This document shows, one piece after another, positions 49,978-58,187 of a stretch of 64,000 nucleotides of DNA (position 1 is its first letter; each line of letters begins with the position of its first letter). Position numbers and translations under genes: made by a program. Location of the stretch: the IMG/VR virus record IMGVR_UViG_3300030095_004072. The stretch is one strand, 5' to 3'. The stretch comes from an uncultured virus (IMG/VR IMGVR_UViG_3300030095_004072). Its lineage: Duplodnaviria > Heunggongvirae > Uroviricota > Caudoviricetes > Crassvirales. The notes beneath the pieces were generated by a model. That model worked only from the letters and a program-made list of their open reading frames with translations. It made no database searches and was not told the DNA's origin.

Positions 49978-50733
49978 TTAAAATGGTAATAAGCTACCTT
50001 CGTATTCCCAAAGCATATTGTCAACTACCTCTTCGCATAACTCTGTTGGTATCTTACTACGTTCGTGATTATTTTTAAGTGATTCCGTACCTCCTTTCTT
50101 AGCATCTATACCTCTCTCTCTAAGCTTCCTAACTGTCTCTCCTCTTTGTGATGCATCGTGATGACAGTGTCTATTTATTATATTACCATCAGCATCGTAC
50201 TTATAATTTTTACATAATGGTTTTGGTTTCCAATTTAAAGCATTAGTCCATATATCAGTTGGCTTCATACGTGAATCACCGTAAGAACAATATGACACAG
50301 TGTGTCTAACGTGTTGAAAATTAGCCCATTCTGGAGACTTTCTCATCTTACCACGTGGATTCTCTATGTACCAAACAAGATTAGGATTTTTCTCTAAATA
50401 TGATGCTATAATCTCTAAGGTTTTGTTTAAAATTTTTATACCTAAGAGCTCAGGATCTCTTGGTTGGTACTCGTGTCCACTTACCCATTTTTTACCTATA
50501 CAAGCTACTGAAAAATCTGTGCAAGGTGGTGATGCCCATATTACATCGGGTATCCAAAGCTTATCTAACTCACCTACATTCATTTCATTAAGTCGGTAGT
50601 CCCAATCTAAAATATCTCCAACCCAATTTGTATTTGGATAGTCTGTATTATCTACAGAAAATACTTCGTGTCCTTTTGCTTCAGCAACCTTTCCAATAGA
50701 ACGGCTACCACTAAATAATTCTAATACTTTCAT
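49978..50733 (-). CDS. DNA cytosine-C5 methyltransferase-like protein
   Basis: VLELFSG motif I, WASPPCT motif IV, IENPRG motif VI. Confidence 0.8.
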   Translation of the reverse strand: MKVLELFSGSRSIGKVAEAKGHEVFSVDNTDYPNTNWVGDILDWDYRLNEMNVGELDKLWIPDVIWASPPCTDFSVACIGKKWVSGHEYQPRDPELLGIKILNKTLEIIASYLEKNPNLVWYIENPRGKMRKSPEWANFQHVRHTVSYCSYGDSRMKPTDIWTNALNWKPKPLCKNYKYDADGNIINRHCHHDASQRGETVRKLRERGIDAKKGGTESLKNNHERSKIPTELCEEVVDNMLWEYEGSLLPF

Positions 50734-50757
50734 TTTTTTATTATTTATTAATTAATT

Positions 50758-50913
50758 TTATTTTTCGTATAAATCATTATTTATACATTCTTCATTTTTA
50801 TCTATCCAAGATTGTTCCATACATTCATTATCACAATATATTCCTCCAAATTTATCTGTAATATATTTATCTAAATCATCATTAAAACAATTTTCACAAT
50901 ATTTATCTTCCAT
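50758..50913 (-). CDS. Small Cys-rich (Zn-finger-like) protein, 51 aa
   Basis: Read manually: MEDKYCENC...YCDNEC. Confidence 0.5.
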   Translation of the reverse strand: MEDKYCENCFNDDLDKYITDKFGGIYCDNECMEQSWIDKNEECINNDLYEK

Positions 50914-50918
50914 TTCAT

Positions 50919-51149
50919 TTAACATAATTTATCGTAATTTAATTCCATATCAGATTGTATGTTTTCTAATAAACTTTCTAATTCATCTTGCACTTCATCA
51001 CCGTGAAGAATTAATTTGTTTATTATAATTTCTTTTCTTGAAGGAGTTAATCTGTCTTCAGACTCTTCTTGTTGATAGAGCTCATAATGAACAACTATAT
51101 TATTGTTTTTTGACAATAAATAGTCGTATGTACTATAGTTTGTTTTCAT
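50919..51149 (-). CDS. Hypothetical protein
   Basis: 76-aa ORF. Confidence 0.55.
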   Translation of the reverse strand: MKTNYSTYDYLLSKNNNIVVHYELYQQEESEDRLTPSRKEIIINKLILHGDEVQDELESLLENIQSDMELNYDKLC

Positions 51150-51230
51150 TTGTAAGTAAATTTAATTAATAACTTTGGTAAAAATACATAATAAATACTT
51201 AATAACCTAATAGAATAGCTTTTAATTTAT

Positions 51231-51296
51231 CGTAAGTCCCTTAGGATCTTTTTGTGTTTTTTTCGTAAGTCCATAGAGCTCGTAAGTCCATAGGAC
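51231..51296. repeat. Three clustered CGTAAGTCC direct repeats
   Basis: Copies at 51231, 51264 and 51281. Confidence 0.9.
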
Positions 51297-51343
51297 AAAA
51301 AAAAGACACGGAATCATATCTTTTTGGATACGAAATCGTGCCT
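51297..51343 (-). terminator. Terminator closing the first early-gene block
   Basis: Minus strand GGCACGATTTCGTATC..GATATGATTCCGTGTC then T8. Confidence 0.6.
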
Positions 51344-51352
51344 TAAATTATT

Positions 51353-51556
51353 TTATGATTTTGACTTGATTAACTCTGCACTGCCTTTTTGAATCATCCA
51401 AAGCAACCAATCTTTGTCAACGTGTCCAACGCAACGGGCAACACCATAATAATATGCGTATCCACTTCCACGTTCCCATTTTATTGTCCAAAAATTATTT
51501 GGAGTAACATCTGTGAATTTAATCACATCATTTTTAACTATCTCTATTTTATTCAT
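51353..51556 (-). CDS. Early hypothetical protein (start re-assigned to MNKIEIV)
   Basis: The track's longer start runs into the hairpin repeat. Confidence 0.55.
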   Translation of the reverse strand: MNKIEIVKNDVIKFTDVTPNNFWTIKWERGSGYAYYYGVARCVGHVDKDWLLWMIQKGSAELIKSKS

Positions 51557-51585
51557 ATGTAATTTTATTAAGGCACTATTGCCCA

Positions 51586-51627
51586 CTACCACCAAATCCC
51601 CACTGCGACTAACAGTGAGGTTGGTGG
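51586..51627 (-). repeat. 42-nt conserved hairpin, copy A
   Basis: CTACCACCAAATCCCCACTGCGACTAACAGTGAGGTTGGTGG. Confidence 0.85.
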
Positions 51628-51644
51628 AACAAAAACAAACAAAA

Positions 51645-52415
51645 TTATTCTTTATTGATATGTTGAGTTATACAATTTAAACTTTCTTGCATATTAGACA
51701 AGCAAGTATTGATGATTGAATTTGGTGGTGATGTTGTCACAATAGATTGACACTCATCAAAATTAGGTATATTAAATTCTTTGTTGATTTCATCGTGAAT
51801 AGTATCTTGGGTTTCAAACTGATGTACATCCTCAAGAATTTTTGCATCAACAAGTTTGTCAACACATCTAATTGCAATATCACGTGTGTCATCATAATCT
51901 TTTAAAGTACCTTTGTCATCTGAATCCATAAATTCTTTACCAAAATAAATTTCATCAATTCTATCGTGCAACTTTCTTTTATCTAACAACAAATCATTGA
52001 CTTGACTATTTAATCTATTAGCACGTTGCACTTCAGATTTAAATTTACTTTTCCACTTCTCAATCTCATATGCACGTGTATCTGTTGATGCAAATAATCT
52101 ACCTAACTCAGTTATTTTATATCCTTCTTTACGACTGCGTGTCAACAATCCTTCATCAACCCATTTTCCCATTGCAACATTATAAAATCCCGTTGAATGA
52201 TGGAAACAAGTATCACCATTTCTATCAAGAAACTCCCAAACTGAATTGGATGTTTTACCAAGAGGTTTATTTTTATGTTCAATCATTTTCTGTGCTTGAC
52301 ATATCATGTGTTGCAACTCTTGTTTTCTAATAATTGGATAACCTTCTTTATTTATATATTGTATGTGAGGCATTCTCATTGCCTTTATCACAAGTTTTTT
52401 TACTGTATTTTTCAT
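51645..52415 (-). CDS. Early protein with winged-helix-like segment
   Basis: WVDEGLLTR...GYKITELGR, then coiled coil. Confidence 0.6.
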   Translation of the reverse strand: MKNTVKKLVIKAMRMPHIQYINKEGYPIIRKQELQHMICQAQKMIEHKNKPLGKTSNSVWEFLDRNGDTCFHHSTGFYNVAMGKWVDEGLLTRSRKEGYKITELGRLFASTDTRAYEIEKWKSKFKSEVQRANRLNSQVNDLLLDKRKLHDRIDEIYFGKEFMDSDDKGTLKDYDDTRDIAIRCVDKLVDAKILEDVHQFETQDTIHDEINKEFNIPNFDECQSIVTTSPPNSIINTCLSNMQESLNCITQHINKE

Positions 52416-52443
52416 TTTATTTAATTTGATTATTATTTGTTTT

Positions 52444-52485
52444 CTACCACGAAATCCCCACTACGATTAGTAGTGAGGCACGTGA
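52444..52485 (-). repeat. 42-nt conserved hairpin, copy B
   Basis: CTACCACGAAATCCCCACTACGATTAGTAGTGAGGCACGTGA. Confidence 0.85.
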
Positions 52486-52505
52486 AAATTTCTTATGATC
52501 AAAAT

Positions 52506-53159
52506 TTATTTTCGGCTATCATCTAAAGTTTTCCAACTATCTAAAAGATTCTTAACTCTTGCAATTTGTTCAAAATCACGTGCATCTCTGACTTGTTCTA
52601 ACAAAGTTTCTAAAGCTAATATCATTACACTATTTTCAGAATCATTTAAATAACAGTGTGTTTTATTATTGGTTTGAAAAAATTTATTTGAATGTTTATA
52701 CTCTCCAAAGTGAAACAAATCATCTGTGTCAGATAGTTTATCACCATTAGGTATTCCATCTATTTGTGGAGTGTCCTCTTCACGTTCAAGTCTTTCTGTC
52801 TCAGTCTCAAATTGTGATTGATATTCATCAGAATTTTTATGTAGTCTATCTTCAATATCAGAAGGTAAATGTGGGTACATTGCATCATTCTTACCTACCC
52901 AATCTGAATCAGTTAGTGCTGATATAACTACACGTTTCATTTGATTTTGAATTGATTCTTTAATTTTTCTACCATCAGTAAATAGCATTGGAATGTCTTC
53001 AAGAAATTCTAACTCTGTACAATCATCCCAACTATCTTGTGTTTGTGACATATAACATTGTGTTCTTACTGTGTCAATCATTTGTGCAAATGATACATCA
53101 ACTGCTTTGTCAACTGCATCACTTAAATTACTAACTGTGTACTTATCTTTATTATTCAT
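52506..53159 (-). CDS. Acidic early hypothetical protein
   Basis: 217-aa ORF. Confidence 0.7.
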   Translation of the reverse strand: MNNKDKYTVSNLSDAVDKAVDVSFAQMIDTVRTQCYMSQTQDSWDDCTELEFLEDIPMLFTDGRKIKESIQNQMKRVVISALTDSDWVGKNDAMYPHLPSDIEDRLHKNSDEYQSQFETETERLEREEDTPQIDGIPNGDKLSDTDDLFHFGEYKHSNKFFQTNNKTHCYLNDSENSVMILALETLLEQVRDARDFEQIARVKNLLDSWKTLDDSRK

Positions 53160-53192
53160 ATTGTTTGTTTTTAATTTTGGAGGATTAGTCCT

Positions 53193-53234
53193 CTACCACG
53201 AAAACCCCAATGCGATTAGCATTGAGGCACGTGG
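53193..53234 (-). repeat. 42-nt conserved hairpin, copy C
   Basis: CTACCACGAAAACCCCAATGCGATTAGCATTGAGGCACGTGG. Confidence 0.85.
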
Positions 53235-53246
53235 AGTAAGTTGGTT

Positions 53247-53924
53247 TTACTTAACTAAATTCCAATAAGCAATCTCTTTATTGTAATAGTTTTTTAGTTG
53301 TGCAATACTTACAAACTTGTTTCTGTATTGGGCATCTTGAGTTGAGAAACTACCATCAACATTCTCTACAACATTACCACTATGCATCCAATAATTGAAA
53401 TACATTTCTTCATCTTGATAGTTGCTTAACACCTTTTGCATTTCTTGTTCATCTCTGTTGTTGTCATCACAGAATCCTTGAATCAATGCACGTTTGTTAC
53501 CATTGTCTGCGTAGCTGAATGATGAATCAATATCACCCTCAAATAATGATGACATAAAACTACCACCCATTTGTTTACAGTCTTTGATTACATCTGCATT
53601 ACCTTTCCATAATTCTTTGAGTGCGTGAGTCAGTTGACGAGTAGCAATACCGTCACCAAATTTTGCTATCCATAATATCTGACTGAATGCTGTGTATGGA
53701 TTACCTATTTTATTTTGAGTACGGCAAGTATCAAGTCTAATGTTAAATGCTTGACAATATTTGAAATATAGTACAACTTGTACCTTATCATTACACTCTA
53801 ATTTAGTAGAAACCTTGTCTAACATTGTAATACTAAAGTCTGCGTTTAAATACTGATTACTCCATTGTGATACGATATCAGATGATTTCTGATTCGTAAG
53901 TCCGATTAACGATTTTGTGTTCAT
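53247..53924 (-). CDS. First early hypothetical protein
   Basis: 225-aa ORF downstream of a full -33/-7 promoter. Confidence 0.7.
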   Translation of the reverse strand: MNTKSLIGLTNQKSSDIVSQWSNQYLNADFSITMLDKVSTKLECNDKVQVVLYFKYCQAFNIRLDTCRTQNKIGNPYTAFSQILWIAKFGDGIATRQLTHALKELWKGNADVIKDCKQMGGSFMSSLFEGDIDSSFSYADNGNKRALIQGFCDDNNRDEQEMQKVLSNYQDEEMYFNYWMHSGNVVENVDGSFSTQDAQYRNKFVSIAQLKNYYNKEIAYWNLVK

Positions 53925-53970
53925 TTTGGTTGTTTTTTAAGTGAGATATTACTCTCTGTTATTATTAATA

Positions 53971-54006
53971 TAAAGATACTAAATACTTAATAAATAAGCA
54001 AATATA
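53971..54006 (-). promoter_or_regulatory. Bacteroidota-type early promoter (TTTG-N20-TATCTTTA)
   Basis: CAAA at 53999-54002 and TAAAGATA at 53971-53978 on plus; second TATATTTG box at 53999-54006. Confidence 0.65.
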
Positions 54007-54466
54007 TTGATATCGGATTTTTTTTGGGTTGATTCTGGATTTTGATATTTAGAGGTGTTTAATGCGTTCTAAAGGACTATCTTTTTCTTTTAATGTATTA
54101 GTATTAATAAAATAATTAAAGTTCTCTAATAAGATATTGATAGTGAATATTTTGTGTGATGTTTGTCAGTGTGATTTGTTTAGTGTGTGAGTGTGTCGGA
54201 CTGTCGTTAAGGGAAGTCTCTTTCCCTCTCTTCTACTTTGCAAGTGAGTAAGGGTAGGTGGAGCTCCGATTTGAGTTAATGCGTTAGAACGCATCATATA
54301 TATGTCTGTGCGTACGTGAGTGGGCAGTGCGTGTGCGTGTGGGGTGAAAGTAAAAGACAAAAAATTCCACAAAAATCAAAACAAAATACAACCCCCCCCA
54401 ATAAAAAAACTCCGTTTCCGTAAGCAGTAGTTATGCGTATAAGTATGTAGAACCCTCAACCCCTAA
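54007..54466. other. Non-coding divergence region, candidate genome end/packaging region
   Basis: GT-rich then AC-rich halves and a C8 run, between divergent gene blocks. Confidence 0.4.
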
Positions 54467-54508
54467 ATGTCTAATAAAAATTTATTATCTTTACAAAAAA
54501 ATCATACT

Positions 54509-54706
54509 ATGAACAATAACTATCAAGGCCTAACTATAAAAGATGGTCGCTTAATAAATGAACGCCCAGATGCTGTGTCAGGTATTGAGAGAGCGTCAAT
54601 GATGAGACAACAAATGAAAAAACAATATAAGATAGACTGTATCGCTGACGGTATTGAAAGAGCTAAGATGCGTATGGATGGTGATCGTAATATATACGAA
54701 TACTAA
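54509..54706 (+). CDS. Small hypothetical protein (start re-assigned to MNNNYQG)
   Basis: TATCTTTA box at 54486-54493 lies upstream of ATG 54509; terminator follows. Confidence 0.6.
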   Translation: MNNNYQGLTIKDGRLINERPDAVSGIERASMMRQQMKKQYKIDCIADGIERAKMRMDGDRNIYEY

Positions 54707-54733
54707 AAAAAATTAATTTGTTTGTTTGTAATT

Positions 54734-54757
54734 AGAGGAGCTTAGTCTCCTCTTTTT
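54734..54757 (+). terminator. Intrinsic terminator
   Basis: AGAGGAG-CTTAGT-CTCCTCT then TTTT. Confidence 0.75.
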
Positions 54758-54782
54758 ATTTATAGTCTGGACTACAACCAGA

Positions 54783-54960
54783 GATATTCCAAAGATATTC
54801 CAAAACAAAAATTTTGTAACTTTTTGATTTCTAACTATTTATCTTATTATTCTTTATTTATTCCATACTTAGGTACGTTAAAAAGAAATAATATATAATA
54901 ATATATATATATAAAAAATATAAAACCACTAATACCAAAAAAAACTTTGGACTATGGAAT
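54783..54960. promoter_or_regulatory. Iteron/IHF-box/AT-rich element, copy 2 (origin-like)
   Basis: GATATTCCAAA x2, TAACTTTTTGATT, TATTCCATA, AT tract, inverted TATGGAAT. Confidence 0.55.
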
Positions 54961-54982
54961 GTAATTTATTATAATTATTTAT

Positions 54983-54990
54983 TATATTTG
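54983..54990 (+). promoter_or_regulatory. -7 box TATATTTG for groEL
   Basis: Matches TAnnTTTG. Confidence 0.65.
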
Positions 54991-55010
54991 TTAAAATTAA
55001 ATTTAATAAA

Positions 55011-56600
55011 ATGGAACAAGGTTATATACCAAAGACGCTTAGCTTTGATGATGAAGCTCGTCAAAAATTAATTACAGGAATCACTAAAATTTCAAAAGCA
55101 GTTAAAAGTACATTAGGTCCTTTGGGCAAGACTGTTTTGTTAGAATCACCAAATCATACTTCAGGCATGACAGTTACTAAGGACGGTGTAACAGTTGCTG
55201 AGTCTGTGTTTTTAAATGATCCTATAGAGAACTTAGCAGTTAGGATGATGAAGGAAGCATCAAGTCGTACAGCTCAGTCTGCGGGTGATGGTACAACAAC
55301 TGCTATTGTTTTAACTGAGGCCTTAGTTAAAGCTGGTCAGCAGACATTAACATCAGAGTCAAACACAACAGAAGTAATTAGGTATATAAATGAACACACA
55401 GCTGTTATTATAGATGGTTTGCAAACTGCTTCTAAAAAAGTTACAGAAGAAAGGTTATTAGATGTTGCTTCTATTTCAGCTAATAATGATAAGACAATAG
55501 GTAAGATAATTAAAGATGCGTATACTCAAGTTGGGATAAACGGTATGGTAACTGTAGAGAAGTCTATGACAGCACAAACATATGCTGAGGTTACTAACGG
55601 TATTAAGATTGCCAGGGGTTGGTCATCAAATCTATTTATTAATAGTCAAAAGAAAGATGAGTGTATACTTGAAGATGTTAAGATTTTAGTTTGCGATGCA
55701 GAAATTAATAGCATACTTCAAATAGAGAACGTGTTAAAGCCTGTAATAAACAACGGAGACAAACTTTTAATCATTGCCCCTTGCTCAACTAATGTTATAA
55801 ATACTTTAGCGGCTAACGTAGTTCGTAACGGTTTAAAGTTTTGTAATATAGCTCCTCCACAGTTTGGATACAAGCAACATGAGCTTATGCAAGATATCGC
55901 TATGTCAGTTGGTGCTAAATACTATTCAGAGAAGACTGGTGATGATTTAAGTTTAATTATGCCTAATGACTTAGGTAGTGCAGATAAAGTTATTGTAGGT
56001 GAGCATTCAACTGTAATTTTTAAAAAGGATAATACAACACCAGAGTTAAACGATAGAATTGCTGAGTTAAAAATACAACAGAAAAACTCAAAAGATAAAT
56101 CAAATAATGAATTTATAAAAGAACGTATAGCAAGTTTAGCGGGTGCTATAGGCTGTATTTATGTTGGAGGTAACTCTGAGATAGAACAAAAAGAAAAGTA
56201 TGACAGAGTAGATGATTCAGTATGTGCAGTACGATCAGCACTTGAAGAAGGTATATTAGCAGGTGGAGGTATAGCTCTGTTTAGAGAATCAATGATGTTA
56301 AGAGCTGAAACTAAAAATCAAGATGAGAAAGATGCAGTCTTAATCTTAGAGGCTGCACTACGTTCACCTCTTATTCAAATATTAGACAATGCAGGAAAGA
56401 ATAGAGAGAAAGTTGTAGAACAATTATATGACAAAAAATATAATTATGGATACGATGTTAAGAATAACAAGTATGGTGATATGTATAAGTTGGGTGTTAT
56501 TGATCCTCTTAAGGTAACAAAGAACGCACTGACTAATGCAGTAAGTGTAGCAACAACTATACTTAGCACAAACGCTATAGTAACAAACATGAGGGCATGA
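55011..56600 (+). CDS. groEL: Phage-encoded group I chaperonin GroEL
   Basis: TLGPLG, VTKDGVTVA, AGDGTTTA, GVIDPLKVT; no C-terminal GGM tail. Confidence 0.97.
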   Translation: MEQGYIPKTLSFDDEARQKLITGITKISKAVKSTLGPLGKTVLLESPNHTSGMTVTKDGVTVAESVFLNDPIENLAVRMMKEASSRTAQSAGDGTTTAIVLTEALVKAGQQTLTSESNTTEVIRYINEHTAVIIDGLQTASKKVTEERLLDVASISANNDKTIGKIIKDAYTQVGINGMVTVEKSMTAQTYAEVTNGIKIARGWSSNLFINSQKKDECILEDVKILVCDAEINSILQIENVLKPVINNGDKLLIIAPCSTNVINTLAANVVRNGLKFCNIAPPQFGYKQHELMQDIAMSVGAKYYSEKTGDDLSLIMPNDLGSADKVIVGEHSTVIFKKDNTTPELNDRIAELKIQQKNSKDKSNNEFIKERIASLAGAIGCIYVGGNSEIEQKEKYDRVDDSVCAVRSALEEGILAGGGIALFRESMMLRAETKNQDEKDAVLILEAALRSPLIQILDNAGKNREKVVEQLYDKKYNYGYDVKNNKYGDMYKLGVIDPLKVTKNALTNAVSVATTILSTNAIVTNMRA

Positions 56601-56626
56601 TAGGAAAAAATGGCTAAACAACAATT

Positions 56627-56842
56627 ATGAGTCAAAAAACAGCGATGAAATTAGTTGAAGAGTTAAATGAACTTGCAACAGCTATTATGCAACAAAATAA
56701 TAAGCCTCACAAAGATTTAACTAAAGAAATACAAGATGAAATAGCTGACGTTAAAGTTTGGCTATTAGAGTATGAAGAGTTATTTGACTGGAATTATATT
56801 GATAATAGAATAACTAATAAAAGAAAAAAGTACGGACTATGA
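56627..56842 (+). CDS. MazG-like nucleotide pyrophosphohydrolase
   Basis: KLVEELNEL...IQDEIADV motif. Confidence 0.65.
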   Translation: MSQKTAMKLVEELNELATAIMQQNNKPHKDLTKEIQDEIADVKVWLLEYEELFDWNYIDNRITNKRKKYGL

Positions 56843-56955
56843 ATATATTTTATTTAGATAAAGATCCAGAGTTTTTACTAAAACTGTTAGGTATAAAAAC
56901 TGAAACAAACAACATAATTAAAAACATGGAGAAACGTGAAGAAAAGAAAGCTTAA
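56839..56955 (+). pseudogene. 38-aa ORF starting MNIFYLDKDP; possible remnant of a pyrimidine-dimer-glycosylase-like gene
   Basis: Only the first 10 residues match that family's usual N-terminus (from memory). Confidence 0.3.
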
Positions 56956-57067
56956 CTCAAAAAATCCGAAACTCCAACCTGCGGTTGTCGTTTCAAAAGA
57001 AAAAGTAGAACGTAGATTAATTAATAACAAAAACGGTATAAAAATTTATGCTATCTTTAAAAGTTAA
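56936..57067 (+). CDS. Small basic hypothetical protein (43 aa, MKKRKLNSKNPK...)
   Basis: Read manually; GTG start; abuts groES. Confidence 0.45.
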   Translation: MKKRKLNSKNPKLQPAVVVSKEKVERRLINNKNGIKIYAIFKS

Positions 57068-57069
57068 AT

Positions 57070-57327
57070 ATGAAACCAATTGGTAAGTATGTTATAATAA
57101 AACCTATAAAAGAAGAATTAAAAACTAAATCAGGATTAATTCTTACAGCAGAAGACGCTGATGAGTTTAGGTATAAAAAAGGTGAAGTAATAAAACCAGG
57201 TACTGATGTCTCAGAAATCAAAGAAGGTCAAATTATTTATTATGATAAGTCTGCTGGCTTTAGTATGCTTATACATAATGATACTTTTACTATTATTACT
57301 GAGAGAGATATCGTTGTTGTTTTATAA
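57070..57327 (+). CDS. groES: Co-chaperonin GroES
   Basis: MKPIGKYVIIKP, KTKSGLIL mobile loop, GEVI..G, I.ERDIV. Confidence 0.92.
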   Translation: MKPIGKYVIIKPIKEELKTKSGLILTAEDADEFRYKKGEVIKPGTDVSEIKEGQIIYYDKSAGFSMLIHNDTFTIITERDIVVVL

Positions 57328-57736
57328 ATTCATTAAGTTCTTTTATAGAATTTCTATAAACTTTATCCATATAAGAAGCGTCAGCTCTAAATAAAGGATT
57401 AATAGATGGTGATTCTGCTATCTCTTCACCATTAAGCTTTTTATAAATTGTACTCGCCACTCGCTTTCCCTTGTAGGAAAGCTCGTATAAGGTTGTATGC
57501 TTACCATATCCTTTTCTCCATACATGAATCCACCCATCCCTAAGTAGTCGGTCAAATCTTTTTATATCCCAAGACATTAATTCTTCAAACTCTTTAAACT
57601 TTGTTTTATTAAAATATTCTTCACTATATAAAAATAGAATCATTTCTATATCAGGGGTTGTAAGATTGTATTTAGCCTTTACCCAATAACGTATAACTCT
57701 CCAATACTTTAGGTAGTTGTGAGTAGACTTTGGCAT
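57296..57736 (-). CDS. Winged-helix-like DNA-binding protein
   Basis: LTTPDIEMILFL...RLLRDGWI...YELSYKGK. Confidence 0.6.
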   Translation of the reverse strand: MPKSTHNYLKYWRVIRYWVKAKYNLTTPDIEMILFLYSEEYFNKTKFKEFEELMSWDIKRFDRLLRDGWIHVWRKGYGKHTTLYELSYKGKRVASTIYKKLNGEEIAESPSINPLFRADASYMDKVYRNSIKELNEFIKQQRYLSQ

Positions 57737-57749
57737 TTAATTTAATTTA

Positions 57750-57757
57750 TATCTTTG
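57750..57757 (+). promoter_or_regulatory. -7 box TATCTTTG
   Basis: Matches TAnnTTTG; implies start at ATG 57772. Confidence 0.6.
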
Positions 57758-57771
57758 TAAAAATACAAAAA

Positions 57772-57975
57772 ATGGAAATAGTAAAAGGATCTCAAGAGTA
57801 TTATGATTATGTTATGGAGTATATGATACCAGATGGTCAAGAGCTTTATGAAATATTTACACTTGAAGAGGATTTATTTGTAGATATGGTAGATACAGAC
57901 ACATCTTATACGTTTACAGATGAAGAAGTAGCTGCAAGTATGAAGGCAAACGGAGATACACTAATTATAGAATGA
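57772..57975 (+). CDS. Small acidic hypothetical protein
   Basis: MEIVKGSQEYY... downstream of the promoter box. Confidence 0.55.
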   Translation: MEIVKGSQEYYDYVMEYMIPDGQELYEIFTLEEDLFVDMVDTDTSYTFTDEEVAASMKANGDTLIIE

Positions 57976-58187
57976 AATCACCAATAGATTTTAAAGATTT
58001 TGCAGCTAACCCTGTAACAGGATTACTATTCTTTTGTTTAATTGCAATTGGATATTTATATATTGATAACAAAACAACTCTTACAAATCAAATTAAAGCA
58101 TTGCAAGAAGAGGTAATTACTTTACGAAGTGATTATAAAAAGTTAAATGATAAGTTTATAGAGACATTACAAGAAATAAATGAATAG
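57972..58187 (+). CDS. Single-TM plus coiled-coil protein (i-spanin- or holin-like)
   Basis: GLLFFCLIAIGYLYI followed by heptads. Confidence 0.5.
   Translation: MKSPIDFKDFAANPVTGLLFFCLIAIGYLYIDNKTTLTNQIKALQEEVITLRSDYKKLNDKFIETLQEINE

Noticed and set aside
51231..53234. Repeats as a CRISPR array
   Set aside because: The 9-mers are too short and irregularly spaced, the 42-mers are separated by whole genes, and no cas genes are present.
39786..53268. Plus-strand ORFs opposite early genes (39786, 40041, 42152, 42695, 44663, 45002, 50366, 52070, 53071)
   Set aside because: Shadows of minus-strand genes or low-complexity AT sequence.
54166..54372. 68-aa minus-strand ORF
   Set aside because: His/Thr composition comes from GT dinucleotide repeats, and it lies upstream of the early promoter.
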